Shown here: one piece after another, positions 19,592-29,304 of the stretch
Layout: every line of letters begins with the position of its first letter
Numbering within the stretch: position 1 is the stretch's first letter
Virus record (IMG/VR): IMGVR_UViG_3300033463_000088
Location: 1-64,000 of that record
Length of the DNA stretch: 64,000 nt
Direction: 5' to 3' (one strand)
Source: a virus
Lineage: Duplodnaviria > Caudoviricetes
Notes under the pieces: model-generated
What the model was told of the DNA's origin: nothing
Database searches by the model: none
Seen by the model: the letters and a program-made list of their open reading frames with translations, nothing else
Translations under genes and position numbers: made by a program

Positions 19592-20377
19592 TTAATTTAG
19601 CTTTCCTAATTCAATTAAATTATCTAAAACAGCAATTCGGGTCATAAGACCGACACCGCCAGGGACTGGACTTTGGAACTTAACATGTAAGTCTTTATCA
19701 CAGTCTCCAGTAAGCTTTCCATCTTCACCAACATTGATGCCGACATCAAACACTATTGCGCGAGCTTTTAGTTTATATTTAGAAGTTAATGTATGTTGAT
19801 GACCAGTAGCAACAACTATCAAGTCAGCGTGTTTCAAATAAAATGCTTTATCTGATTCACTTGTCTTTGAATGCAACACTGTGACATTCATACTTTCTTT
19901 GAGTAATAGTTGAGCCATTGGTTTACCAACAATATTTGAACGTCCAATAACTACAGCATTTTTTCCTTGGAAGTCATATTTCATATCTTTTAGATAATTG
20001 TAAATGCCAAGAGGAGTTGCTGGAACAGTTTTTGATAAAGGATGGAATCCATCAATATCTTTTTCAGGAGCAATAGCAAGTTTAACTTTTTCTTCAGAGA
20101 TATGTTTTGGAAGAGGTAGCTGAACTAAATAACCTGTCAAATCTGGGTCAGCATTTAAGCCTTCCATTAAGTTTAATAATTCAACTTCAGTAGTTTCTTC
20201 CGGGAGATTAATAATTTCGCAATCAATGTTCACCTCAGCAGCATCCTTAGCTTTATTTCGAACATATCTGTCTGAGGCAGGAACATGTCCAATTTGAACA
20301 ATAACCATCTTCAAATCAGGATGTGAATTTTTTAATTTTTCTTTCTTTTCTGCTACATATTCTTTAATTATTTGCAT
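19592..20377 (-). CDS. folD: bifunctional 5,10-methylene-THF dehydrogenase/cyclohydrolase
   Basis: YVRNK, LVQLPLP, KDIDGFH, PATPLG, GRSNIVGKP, DVGIN, PVPGGVGLMT. Confidence 0.95.
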   Translation of the reverse strand: MQIIKEYVAEKKEKLKNSHPDLKMVIVQIGHVPASDRYVRNKAKDAAEVNIDCEIINLPEETTEVELLNLMEGLNADPDLTGYLVQLPLPKHISEEKVKLAIAPEKDIDGFHPLSKTVPATPLGIYNYLKDMKYDFQGKNAVVIGRSNIVGKPMAQLLLKESMNVTVLHSKTSESDKAFYLKHADLIVVATGHQHTLTSKYKLKARAIVFDVGINVGEDGKLTGDCDKDLHVKFQSPVPGGVGLMTRIAVLDNLIELGKLN

Positions 20378-20387
20378 ACTAATCTCC

Positions 20388-20636
20388 TTACCAACTAACT
20401 ATAAAATTTGGATAATCTGGCCAGGCAACATTAACATTAAAGCCTTCAGAACTAATATAATCGCTAACGTCCCAAATAAGATATCTATTTCCATATTTAT
20501 CTGGGATTCTAAAAATCATTTCTCTATTTCCGCGCTCCGCTTCCATTTTTATATAATGATGGAGCTCATCAATAAATTGTTCTCTTGTAGTTCTTGGGTC
20601 AACCCCAGCTAGTTGTCTTGCTTCTTTTGCTGTCAT
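20388..20636 (-). CDS. hypothetical protein
   Basis: 82-aa ORF in the operon, with RBS. Confidence 0.65.
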   Translation of the reverse strand: MTAKEARQLAGVDPRTTREQFIDELHHYIKMEAERGNREMIFRIPDKYGNRYLIWDVSDYISSEGFNVNVAWPDYPNFIVSW

Positions 20637-20637
20637 A

Positions 20638-20781
20638 TTATTTCCTCTTTTTTTGATTATTTAGCCATTGATAAAACTCATTTGTTGCATCTCTGCAATA
20701 AAATGAGTCTGGCTTTGCAGTACAACCACTTGCGGTTTTATATCTGCAAAAATCACATTTAGTATATCTTTTACTAACCAT
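20638..20781 (-). CDS. small Cys-rich hypothetical protein
   Basis: Not in the track; MVSKRYTKCDFCRYKTASGCTAKPDSFYCRD...KRK, 47 aa, fills the gap between fhs and the next ORF. Confidence 0.55.
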   Translation of the reverse strand: MVSKRYTKCDFCRYKTASGCTAKPDSFYCRDATNEFYQWLNNQKKRK

Positions 20782-20782
20782 A

Positions 20783-22534
20783 CTAATTAAATTTATCTAA
20801 GCAGCGAGGTTCTTTTGGTAAACCTGGCATTAATAATAATTTGCCAGATAATGGAACAATTAAACCTGCGCCACTATATAATCGGATTTCTCTAATATGA
20901 ATTGTAAATCCAGTTGGAGCTCCAAGAACTTTTGGATCATCTGTTAATGAGTTTGGAGTCTTACTGATACAAACAGGAAGATGACTATAACCCATATCAG
21001 TATATTTTCTCATTTGTTCTCTAGCTAAATCGGAATATTCAATTCGATCAGCACCATAAATATTATGACAGATAGTTCCAATCTTATCATCAATAGAGTA
21101 ATTTCTGTAATCACCTTGAGGATAAAGTGGATATAATGGTTCAAAGTGGTCAGCTAATTCTGGGAAGACACTAACTGCTTCGCTATCTTGAACATTTAAG
21201 ATGCCTTGGACAGTTCTTGCTAAACTGACAGCGCCATCGCCACCATCAAGAGCAGCAGTATTAATTGCCCAATTAATTTTATTTTCTTTACACCAAGCTC
21301 CAATAGCTTCTAATTCAGCATCAGTATCACTTGGGAAACGGTTAATAGCAACAACAACTGGGACACCATATCTTGTCATATTTTCATAATGCTTTTGTAA
21401 ATTACAAATACCAGCTTTAACTGCTTCAACATTTTCTTTTTCTAAATCTTCAAATGCAACACCACCATGAAGCTTTAATGCTCTAGCAGTGGCAACTAAG
21501 ACAATAACATTTGGATGAATTCCTGCTAATTGACATTTAATATCTAAGAACTTTTCAGCTCCGAGGTCTCCACCGAATCCGGCTTCTGTGACAACAACGT
21601 CAGATAATTTAAGCGCTAACTTTGTTGCATTGATAGAATTAACACCGATAGAGATATTAGCGAATGGTCCGCAATGCACTAAAACTGGATTTTCTTCAAG
21701 TGTTTGAACAACATTTGGATTCATTGCATTTCTCATCATTTTAAGAATTGCTTTACTACAATTGAATTGTCCAAAGTAAACTGGATTTCCATCATAGTCA
21801 TAAGCAGCAATAATCTTATTAACTCTATCAATAAACTCTTCTTCGCTTTGAGAAATTGTTAAAATTGTCATAAGTTCAGAAGCAACTGTAATAACAAATT
21901 CTGAGTTATGATTTGATTTCTTGTCTCTTAATTTTTTAAGGTCTTCTTTAGTGCCGCCATTAAGAGATAATTTATCTAATTCAATATCTAAATTTCTGCC
22001 ATCTAAATCAAAACCAGCGGTGCCATCAGCATTGACGCCGACACTTCTCAATGAACGGTCATTAACGTCAAGCGCACGTTTCCATTCAATTCTTCTTGGA
22101 TCAATTCTTAATTCATTGCCTTGCCAAATATGGTTTTCGATAATGGCAGACATTAAATTAATAGTAGAAGTTAACGCATGAAAATCGCCTGTGAAATGTA
22201 AATTAATATCATCACTTGGAACAATAGTTGATTTTAAGGCACCAACTGCTCCACCCTTAATGCCCCAAACAGGGCCTAAAGATGGTTCTCTTAAACAAGC
22301 AAGAGAATTAACACCAATTCTACGTAAGCCATCGTGTAGGCCAATTGTAGTTGTAGTTTTGCCTTCACCGGCTTTTGTTGGAGTAATAGCTGTTACTAAT
22401 ACTAATTTACCGTCAGGTCTGTCTTTCAAAACCTCACGGTATTTATAGTCAATCTTAGCTTTATCCCAACCATAAGGTTGGACATATTCATTAGGTATAC
22501 CTAATTCTTTAGTTAAATCTAAAATATTTTTCAT
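20783..22534 (-). CDS. fhs: formate--tetrahydrofolate ligase
   Basis: TAITPTKAGEGKTTT, LREPSLGP, INLHFTGDFHA, VHCGPFANI, TEAGFGGDLGAEKF, MPGLPKEP. Confidence 0.97.
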   Translation of the reverse strand: MKNILDLTKELGIPNEYVQPYGWDKAKIDYKYREVLKDRPDGKLVLVTAITPTKAGEGKTTTTIGLHDGLRRIGVNSLACLREPSLGPVWGIKGGAVGALKSTIVPSDDINLHFTGDFHALTSTINLMSAIIENHIWQGNELRIDPRRIEWKRALDVNDRSLRSVGVNADGTAGFDLDGRNLDIELDKLSLNGGTKEDLKKLRDKKSNHNSEFVITVASELMTILTISQSEEEFIDRVNKIIAAYDYDGNPVYFGQFNCSKAILKMMRNAMNPNVVQTLEENPVLVHCGPFANISIGVNSINATKLALKLSDVVVTEAGFGGDLGAEKFLDIKCQLAGIHPNVIVLVATARALKLHGGVAFEDLEKENVEAVKAGICNLQKHYENMTRYGVPVVVAINRFPSDTDAELEAIGAWCKENKINWAINTAALDGGDGAVSLARTVQGILNVQDSEAVSVFPELADHFEPLYPLYPQGDYRNYSIDDKIGTICHNIYGADRIEYSDLAREQMRKYTDMGYSHLPVCISKTPNSLTDDPKVLGAPTGFTIHIREIRLYSGAGLIVPLSGKLLLMPGLPKEPRCLDKFN

Positions 22535-23112
22535 TAATAATTTTTCTCCAGTTTATCTTTATTAACATTATACCAAGAAACAAAATCATCGAGAGAGTCA
22601 GAGCCATCTAATTGAGTTAATAATTTAACTAATAACTTTTCTGAGTCAACATGCATTGCTCTTTGACCTTCACACTTAGCTTTCCAATAATCTAATGGTG
22701 TATGAACTGTCCAAGCTTCTTTTGAATAAGCTTTACCAGCACCAACAAAGTCACAGAACATTTCAATAACTCTTTCATAAGGCATTTTAACGCACTTACA
22801 AATAATTGTAAAAGTTCCGTCGCCATTTGGCTTGGCTTCGTTGAAATCAGTCCAATATTCCCAGTGATGTAAATTACGTGCTTTGTGGTGAATCCAGCTT
22901 GGGCTATAGCCTAACTTAGCTCTTGCAATATCATGCGGGCTTTTTGTGCCATCAGCGTATTTATAAATTTCAAACTCATCTGGACTAAACTTACTTAAAT
23001 CATGTTGCTCACCAAGTTCTGGAATTCCCATTTGATAACATAAATCTCTAACAACTTTAATATGATTATTTATAGTTTGAGTATGTAAGTCTCTTTTTTC
23101 TTTATCTGTCAT
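22534..23112 (-). CDS. DUF5662-like HD-related protein
   Basis: HDLSK, WIHHK..N.HHWEYW, EMFCD. Confidence 0.65.
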   Translation of the reverse strand: MTDKEKRDLHTQTINNHIKVVRDLCYQMGIPELGEQHDLSKFSPDEFEIYKYADGTKSPHDIARAKLGYSPSWIHHKARNLHHWEYWTDFNEAKPNGDGTFTIICKCVKMPYERVIEMFCDFVGAGKAYSKEAWTVHTPLDYWKAKCEGQRAMHVDSEKLLVKLLTQLDGSDSLDDFVSWYNVNKDKLEKNY

Positions 23113-23375
23113 TATTTAGTCTCCTGTTTAACTGTAGTAGCTGTCACCATATTTTTACCTTCTTGGGTAGGCGCGATAATAATATCATTTAAACCCTGCT
23201 CATAACAAATTTCTTTAAGTCTTTTGCACAAATTATAAACATCTTCTTTTGGCATTTTACCAACTTCAACATTTAAAATTACTACTTCACCAGGAGTATA
23301 AGTTTTAACTACTTTTTGAATAGTCATCTTTTGAACTTCTTCTTTAATAAATTCTTTAATTTGTTTATCTGTCAT
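23112..23375 (-). CDS. hypothetical protein
   Basis: Translationally coupled 87-aa ORF. Confidence 0.65.
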   Translation of the reverse strand: MTDKQIKEFIKEEVQKMTIQKVVKTYTPGEVVILNVEVGKMPKEDVYNLCKRLKEICYEQGLNDIIIAPTQEGKNMVTATTVKQETK

Positions 23376-23871
23376 TATTAAGCTCCTTTACAACAGCATT
23401 AATTTCTTCTCTTAAATCTGTATACCAAGATTTTTTAAGTCTTTGTAATCTTAATTTAATATACTCAGTTTTTTCTGCCCAATCAGGCATTCCAACAATA
23501 ATTCTATTAATTCTGTCTGGCCATAAATAAGAACCAAGCTCTATATTAGTAGTAAAAGCTGGATTATCTTTATCTCTTGGAATCCAGAATACTATTCTAT
23601 CTGCTACATACATAGCATTGAGCTCCCAGTCAGTTTGGTGTTTTAACTCATCTTTAGCTTCTCTATCAAAGAGTGCATTTGTTGGGCTAAATACAATACC
23701 AATATAACCGGCTTCTTCTAAATACTTAAAAGCTTCATTTCGCCAGTCATTTTCATAATTTTTTCTTGGACATGGGCCTGCTAAAAAAATTGTAGGCAGC
23801 TCAGCAAAATTATAAGCTTCTTTTAATGGGTCAGTAAAACCGTTTTTATCTTTTGGAAAAATTTTAATCAT
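23365..23871 (-). CDS. nucleoside 2-deoxyribosyltransferase-like protein
   Basis: IFLAGP..R..W, Q..WE, ADRIVFWIPR, TTNIELG; start reassigned to MIKIFPKD. Confidence 0.7.
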   Translation of the reverse strand: MIKIFPKDKNGFTDPLKEAYNFAELPTIFLAGPCPRKNYENDWRNEAFKYLEEAGYIGIVFSPTNALFDREAKDELKHQTDWELNAMYVADRIVFWIPRDKDNPAFTTNIELGSYLWPDRINRIIVGMPDWAEKTEYIKLRLQRLKKSWYTDLREEINAVVKELNNDR

Positions 23872-24016
23872 TTGGGCTTTCAACTCTATCACCAAGTTCA
23901 AGCTCTTCCATTAAACGTTTTTCTTCAGCTTTTTCAACTGGATCGAGCTCTCTTGTTTCAGAAATACAAGCTAATTCCATTAAACGTCTGTGAACGTATT
24001 GTTTTCTGTTTGACAT
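23864..24016 (-). CDS. small hypothetical protein
   Basis: Not in the track; MSNRKQYVHRRLMELACISETRELDPVEK..., 50 aa. Confidence 0.55.
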   Translation of the reverse strand: MSNRKQYVHRRLMELACISETRELDPVEKAEEKRLMEELELGDRVESPND

Positions 24017-24017
24017 A

Positions 24018-24191
24018 TTAGACCCTCGCAATAACATCTTGTAAAGCTTTAATTAAATTTGTTGAATCAACATCGAGACCATCAACTTCACTATCGGCAA
24101 TAGCTTTTGCTAATGCGCCTAAAATTTGGCCTGCTTTTGTTAAAGCTTCCACTTCTTCCTTTGAAAATTCTGCAATTTTTTTGACTTCCAT
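24018..24191 (-). CDS. small hypothetical protein
   Basis: Not in the track; MEVKKIAEFSKEEVEALTKAGQILGALAK..., 57 aa, RBS aaagga. Confidence 0.6.
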   Translation of the reverse strand: MEVKKIAEFSKEEVEALTKAGQILGALAKAIADSEVDGLDVDSTNLIKALQDVIARV

Positions 24192-24206
24192 TTTATTTTA
24201 TCCTTT

Positions 24207-24467
24207 CTATATAAATTGTAATAATACACCAATTAAAGCTGCTGCTATACAAAACATACAGGTAGTAGCAGCATTGCTTCTCATTTTAAGAGCAAGATTC
24301 AGCAATGTATCTTCGTCTTGTTCTAGTCCTTTTTCAACACAAGCATCATAAAATTCTTTAAAAGCTTTAGTAGATTTAGTAATGCTATAAGCGGAAAACC
24401 AAAAATACCCACTAACAAAGAATAAAATTACGCTTATAACAATAAGGATTACACCAATTAAATGCAT
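24207..24467 (-). CDS. small membrane protein (2 TM)
   Basis: Hydrophobic N- and C-terminal segments. Confidence 0.55.
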   Translation of the reverse strand: MHLIGVILIVISVILFFVSGYFWFSAYSITKSTKAFKEFYDACVEKGLEQDEDTLLNLALKMRSNAATTCMFCIAAALIGVLLQFI

Positions 24468-24964
24468 TCTGCGTCCTCTCTAGTCCACTCTTGTAATATT
24501 ATACCATTTTTTCTGAATAATTCTATTAAAGGTCCTCGTTCAGAACATGGATTATCGGGTTTTTCATGAACCAATAGGACTATTTTTGGTTCACCCTTAT
24601 AGTGAGTTATCTTCCTAACATCTTCAGCAATGCGTTCAAACTCAGGAATTAGATAACCATTGAAGTCTATTTTATCTAAATGTCGCCTATATGCACTTAA
24701 AAATGCACACGCAGGCCATTTATTTTGGTACTCACAAGGCCTTCCAGAACACATTTCTTCTGGAGTTTCTTCCTCTGAGAGTAAAAAACTCTCTTCTTTT
24801 ATACCAATAAGTAGGTTATTTTCATTAATATACTGACGCTTTCCATTGGCTGTATTAAGCCATTTTGGAGACCAAAATGAGGTATCTATCAAAATTAAGC
24901 TGTCATCAGTCATGAAACGGATATTTTGAAAGTAGGTTATATAATATTTATTTATCATTTCCAA
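24458..24964 (-). CDS. hypothetical protein (weak DUF488-like C-terminus)
   Basis: IVLLVHEKPDNPCSER motif. Confidence 0.5.
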   Translation of the reverse strand: MEMINKYYITYFQNIRFMTDDSLILIDTSFWSPKWLNTANGKRQYINENNLLIGIKEESFLLSEEETPEEMCSGRPCEYQNKWPACAFLSAYRRHLDKIDFNGYLIPEFERIAEDVRKITHYKGEPKIVLLVHEKPDNPCSERGPLIELFRKNGIILQEWTREDAECI

Positions 24965-25847
24965 ATAAACTAAAAGTCACTTCGTCTGTTTCTAAATTTA
25001 TAGAGTCAATATGAAGAAATACTCTGCCTGCTTCACGCAATCTTCGACTAAATACCTCTAATAATTCATTAAATTTATCGTTATTAATAAGATCTGCTAC
25101 TTGTTCATTAACTATAAAGCTACCTGTTTTACCAGAATGCCAGTCAGAACCAATAAGTAAACTAGCATCATGAGCTTTTTGATTTTTTAACTCTTCTAAA
25201 TCTTTAACTAGCTTTACATCTATACGAATAGTTTTACCATTAATGATAATATCATAGTCTGCTAATTTACCCGGGTCTCCATTATAACAATAGGCATCAA
25301 ATGGGTCGAGACCAATACAAGAAATTCCTAACTCATTACAACTATCTTCAAAGATTGTTTGTTGAATATGACTATTAAGCTTTTTTTGTAATTTACTTTC
25401 ATAAGACCCTTCCCAAATAGGTGATCCCATTGTCTGTAATAATTTTCCATGACCAACAGGAAGCTTACTATATTCTTCAATAGAGCTAATTATATTATCA
25501 CAAAGAGGGCTTCTTTCATCAATCTGCCTAACACAAGTAATTTCGCCACCTATCTTTTCTGGAAGATATATGTCGAATTTAAATACAGTACCTCTAGCCT
25601 TAAAAATAATCCAAACCAAAAAAGTTTTTTGGCCATTTTCATTATAAAAAGTTCCAGCTATTATTGCTTTTTGTGATACAGCAGCATTGCCACTCATAAA
25701 AATATCTTTAGCTGCTTGCCAACCTTCTTCAGATAGTTCTTTTCTAGTATCTAATTTAGGGCATTTTGCCTTAGCTATATGATTTTGTAGCTTCTCTATT
25801 GGCCAATTAATTTGAGCCCACTGGGGTCGTAATGTTTCTATATTCAT
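24948..25847 (-). CDS. hypothetical protein, possible nuclease-like C-terminus
   Basis: 299 aa; ADYDIII...RIDVK resembles a PD-(D/E)XK core. Confidence 0.5.
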   Translation of the reverse strand: MNIETLRPQWAQINWPIEKLQNHIAKAKCPKLDTRKELSEEGWQAAKDIFMSGNAAVSQKAIIAGTFYNENGQKTFLVWIIFKARGTVFKFDIYLPEKIGGEITCVRQIDERSPLCDNIISSIEEYSKLPVGHGKLLQTMGSPIWEGSYESKLQKKLNSHIQQTIFEDSCNELGISCIGLDPFDAYCYNGDPGKLADYDIIINGKTIRIDVKLVKDLEELKNQKAHDASLLIGSDWHSGKTGSFIVNEQVADLINNDKFNELLEVFSRRLREAGRVFLHIDSINLETDEVTFSLFGNDK

Positions 25848-25858
25848 ATTATATTATA

Positions 25859-26389
25859 CTATTTTCTATTCCAAATTTGCTGGCTAATTGAATAACCATT
25901 TGTATACGCCATTCGGCAATCTAAGCCGTCATTCTTAAAATAAGGACTTGCGGCCATACATTGCCATTCTGGCATCTCACTGATATTAGGGAAGAAGGCA
26001 GTAGCTTCTGGGTCAATAGCGTCAACAAATGTAATATCTATTACTTGTGTGTAAGGGAGCATGCTAGCGTATAAACTCGCACCTCCGCAAATATATACAT
26101 CTTCACTAGTAGCTAGCTTTTGAATAAAATCAAGCATTTGATCAAACTTACTAAAGGTAATTGCGCCTTCTAAACAATCAATTGAAGGAGCATCTGCCCA
26201 TAAAACAACATTAACTCTATCTTTTAATGGTCTGTGTTTAAGCGACAAATATGTATTGTAACCAAATACACAGACTTTTCCAATAGTTTCACTTTTAAAA
26301 TGTGCCATATCGGCGGGAATATTAAATAAAAGACCATTGGCTTTTCCAATACCAAAGTCTTTTGCACAACAAACAATAGCTTTAATCAT
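25859..26389 (-). CDS. folA: dihydrofolate reductase
   Basis: IKAIVC, GIGK.NGLLFNIPADMAHFK, PLKDRVNVVL, YICGGASLY; start likely MIKAIV at 26389. Confidence 0.92.
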   Translation of the reverse strand: MIKAIVCCAKDFGIGKANGLLFNIPADMAHFKSETIGKVCVFGYNTYLSLKHRPLKDRVNVVLWADAPSIDCLEGAITFSKFDQMLDFIQKLATSEDVYICGGASLYASMLPYTQVIDITFVDAIDPEATAFFPNISEMPEWQCMAASPYFKNDGLDCRMAYTNGYSISQQIWNRK

Positions 26390-26768
26390 CTTTTGGGTCC
26401 TCAAAACTTAAACTTTGACTGCAAATTTTTGACCAGGGAGTTTGTCTTTTTTCAGCTGCTTCAAAAGCTTTTTGTTCAGCTTCCATCTCAATTTTCATTT
26501 GTTCATCATCTAACTCAGCTTTCGACTTATCACCCGAGCTATAACCACCTGCAAAACCACAATGCGGGCATTTCCTACCAAGTCTAATATACTTTAAAGT
26601 AGAAGTATCAGCTGGGTTTGCTTGACTATAAGCAGCTTCACTTTCTAAAGCATAAAAAGTCTTACTGCAGCAAGGACATTGAATAGTAACAATTTTTTCA
26701 CCTGTTTCTATTGCTAAGTTAGTAACTTCATCTAAGTTTCTTTCTAATTCTGTCATATTATTTTCCAA
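26382..26768 (-). CDS. zinc-ribbon hypothetical protein
   Basis: CPCC and CPHCG pairs. Confidence 0.6.
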   Translation of the reverse strand: MENNMTELERNLDEVTNLAIETGEKIVTIQCPCCSKTFYALESEAAYSQANPADTSTLKYIRLGRKCPHCGFAGGYSSGDKSKAELDDEQMKIEMEAEQKAFEAAEKRQTPWSKICSQSLSFEDPKDD

Positions 26769-27357
26769 TTAATTTTCTTAATTTTTCAGCACAGTCTTCA
26801 CAAATGTGTCTTGGACTTTCATGTAAACCATTATGAATACTTGTATAAATAAGCGGAATCTCAAAAATTTCTCCGCAAATTTCACATTTAGAATAAGCTT
26901 TTACTTCTGGGTCTGCAATTTTAAGTGGTTCAGCTAAGGCGCCTTCTATTGAAATATGACCATTGTTATCCATAGTATAAGTAGCAGCACCTTCTTCAGT
27001 AATGCCTTCTTCATTAATAGAAATTGTTTCTTGTGTCCATTTAATTGGTGGTTCATATAAATCTTTATCTTCCTGACTTGGTGTTACCTGTTCATATGTG
27101 CCATCATACAGCTCATAAGTGAACATAGAGCTGCCAGTATTACAATATTTACAGTGCCAGCCATATTGTGGCGGGTAAGAAGTTAAAATTACTCCTGTAT
27201 CAACAAGAGCCACTTTACCGCATTTTGGGCACTTAATATAAACTTTATTATTCACCCAAACATAATTATTAAAAGTATGATTTTTAATATCAACTGGTTT
27301 TACTTTTAATGTAGTTTTACCATCACCGGCATCAAATATATATTCTTTATCTGTCAT
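26758..27357 (-). CDS. zinc-ribbon hypothetical protein
   Basis: CPKCG/CKYC and CEICG/CEDC pairs. Confidence 0.6.
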   Translation of the reverse strand: MTDKEYIFDAGDGKTTLKVKPVDIKNHTFNNYVWVNNKVYIKCPKCGKVALVDTGVILTSYPPQYGWHCKYCNTGSSMFTYELYDGTYEQVTPSQEDKDLYEPPIKWTQETISINEEGITEEGAATYTMDNNGHISIEGALAEPLKIADPEVKAYSKCEICGEIFEIPLIYTSIHNGLHESPRHICEDCAEKLRKLIGK

Positions 27358-28202
27358 TATTCAGCTACCTCAAACTTTTCTTCAAGCTTAGTTGCTTGAT
27401 AATTTTCTAATTCAAAGTCTTCTTCTTTGAAATCATAGAAGTCTTTGACATTTGGATTTAATTTTAATGTTGGAGCATCATACTCTGGGTTTTCTAAGAG
27501 CTTTCTAACTACTTCAACATGTCTATCATAAATGTGTAAATTATGTACGATATGAACTAATGTTCCAACTTGATAACCACAAACTTGGGCTAACATATGC
27601 GTTAAAATTGCATATTCCATAGTATCCCAACCGCCTGAACTTGCAGCAGCAAGTAAGTCGCCAGAACGTTGAATAAGGGTGCAGTTTAATTTACCGTCAG
27701 TTACATCCCAAAGACTTTCATAAACACATGGAGGTAAAGCCATATCATGTAAATCTTCTGGGCACCACATGGTGACGATCATACGTCTATCCATAGGCTT
27801 ATTCTTTAATAAATAAATTAAGTTATCAACTTGATCAAAATCGCCGTAAGAATAATGAGAAACCTTACCTAATTGATAACCATAGGTCTTACCAATAGTT
27901 CCATCAGGTCTTTCCCAAGCTCTCCAAATCGCGGCGCTAGGGCCTAATTCATTAACAACGTTGGATTTCTTCTGCCACATCCATAAAAGCTCTCTTACGA
28001 CGCCTTTAAATGCTTGTTTTCTAAGTGTTAAAGCTGGAAACTCTTTTGATAAATCATATCTACGAACAACACAATGTGTTTTAATAGTATGAGCTGGTGT
28101 ACCATCTTCCCAATGTGGTCTGACTTCATAGTCCTTATCATTAAAACCATTTGTTAATAATTCAATTGCTTCTGAAATAAAATATTTATCTGCTTGACTC
28201 AT
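27357..28202 (-). CDS. thyA: thymidylate synthase
   Basis: RELLWMW, YGYQ, DRRMIV, MALPPC, QRSGD, HNLHIYDRH. Confidence 0.95.
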   Translation of the reverse strand: MSQADKYFISEAIELLTNGFNDKDYEVRPHWEDGTPAHTIKTHCVVRRYDLSKEFPALTLRKQAFKGVVRELLWMWQKKSNVVNELGPSAAIWRAWERPDGTIGKTYGYQLGKVSHYSYGDFDQVDNLIYLLKNKPMDRRMIVTMWCPEDLHDMALPPCVYESLWDVTDGKLNCTLIQRSGDLLAAASSGGWDTMEYAILTHMLAQVCGYQVGTLVHIVHNLHIYDRHVEVVRKLLENPEYDAPTLKLNPNVKDFYDFKEEDFELENYQATKLEEKFEVAE

Positions 28203-28419
28203 CAGTCTCTTCCTCCTGTATATAACGTCCTGACCATTTCCTTATCATTTCACAAAGAGTCTTAAGCTCTCCCTGTCTTTCTTTTGGCCAATCATATTTA
28301 GTAATCTTAGTAATAAGTCTATCTGCTGTGATAGATGCATAAGTATTAATATAAATTGGAAAGGGCAATTCAAACTCTTTTTGTTCAGACTCGAAAACAA
28401 TTCTACTTATTTTCATCAT
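28186..28419 (-). CDS. hypothetical protein
   Basis: 77-aa ORF overlapping neighbouring genes within the operon. Confidence 0.55.
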   Translation of the reverse strand: MMKISRIVFESEQKEFELPFPIYINTYASITADRLITKITKYDWPKERQGELKTLCEMIRKWSGRYIQEEETDESSR

Positions 28420-28885
28420 CTAAAGCTTTCTTCATCTTATCTAAGATGCCTTCAACTAATTTTCTTGTGTTTTCATGAAGAACCATATCTTTATGCTTTG
28501 CATACCAGTCAAAGATTTCTCTTAAATTGCCTGTCTTATGAGAAAAACTCCACCAGTCAGCAATCATTTCATAGACATATTGTTCTGGCATTTCAAGAGC
28601 TTCTTCTGGTTCATCATCGTGTTTTAATACCCAGTATTGCCAATGATGAGGATTTGCATGAATATGATGAAGCCAAGCATAATTAAAGGCTTTTTCTACT
28701 TCTTTTGTTCTTTTACCATAGAAATAATCATCATAAGCTTTGTATTCCTCAGCTGTATATTTAGAAACATCGTGTAAACCAAATGAAATCTTTTCTGGAA
28801 TAATTTGATGTTCATATAACCAGTCTGCTGCTTTTTGAACATTAGCAACATGAGTTGTAATATAACTTGTGTATTCTTGACTCAT
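28403..28885 (-). CDS. DUF5662-like HD-related protein (second copy)
   Basis: HDVSKY, AWLHH..ANPHHWQYW, EMIADW. Confidence 0.7.
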   Translation of the reverse strand: MSQEYTSYITTHVANVQKAADWLYEHQIIPEKISFGLHDVSKYTAEEYKAYDDYFYGKRTKEVEKAFNYAWLHHIHANPHHWQYWVLKHDDEPEEALEMPEQYVYEMIADWWSFSHKTGNLREIFDWYAKHKDMVLHENTRKLVEGILDKMKKALDDENK

Positions 28886-28890
28886 TATTT

Positions 28891-29214
28891 TTAACCTCTC
28901 TTATCAAACATATCATCATCTTCTAATAATGCTCTAAGTAACAAAAGATAATTAATATTATCTTGGATCTTTTCTTCCCAAAGTTCTTTAGAATATTTAT
29001 GCTCACTTGCCACCATATCAGCTAAACTTTTAATATGCTTATACATAAACATATATAAAGTTCTTTCTGGAGATAGTTGAGTTAAATCATTACCTTGCTT
29101 AAAGAAAGATAATCTATCTTTATCTAAATTATACTCAGTTTGTTTAACACCTAAAGTGGCTTTACACTTTTCGAGCATTTCTTCAACAATTTTATTAAAT
29201 TTTTCATGTGTCAT
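28891..29214 (-). CDS. nucleotide-modification-associated (Nmad1/DUF1599-like) helical protein
   Basis: K..EY..D.D.L..F, KH...L.D, EKIQDNINYLLLL pattern. Confidence 0.5.
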   Translation of the reverse strand: MTHEKFNKIVEEMLEKCKATLGVKQTEYNLDKDRLSFFKQGNDLTQLSPERTLYMFMYKHIKSLADMVASEHKYSKELWEEKIQDNINYLLLLRALLEDDDMFDKRG

Positions 29215-29230
29215 AAAATATACCTCAATA

Positions 29231-29241
29231 TATTATACAAT
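29231..29241 (-). promoter_or_regulatory. conserved ATTGTATAATA (-10-like) promoter motif heading the replication block
   Basis: Exact copies at 297, 1390, 6941, 9921, 19039, 29231 and 37565; variants at 2867, 15478, 25852, 29281 and 39591; all on the minus strand upstream of gene starts. Confidence 0.7.
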
Positions 29242-29304
29242 ATAAATTCTTGCCAGATTTTACTAATTTTCTTTCTAGATTATTATACGGCGAAGGACAT
29301 TACA

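Noticed and set aside
19592-19600. GCTAAATTA late motif upstream of the TGA-containing gene at 19589
   Set aside because: It is formed by the last codons of folD (AAG CTA AAT TAA) and is only 2 nt from the ATG; likely coincidental.
3256-28686. Short plus-strand and alternative-frame ORFs in the replication block (e.g. 3256-3477, 7108-7329, 11518-11757, 21921-22181, 28381-28686)
   Set aside because: Antisense or nested within well-supported genes, with no RBS or recognisable motifs.
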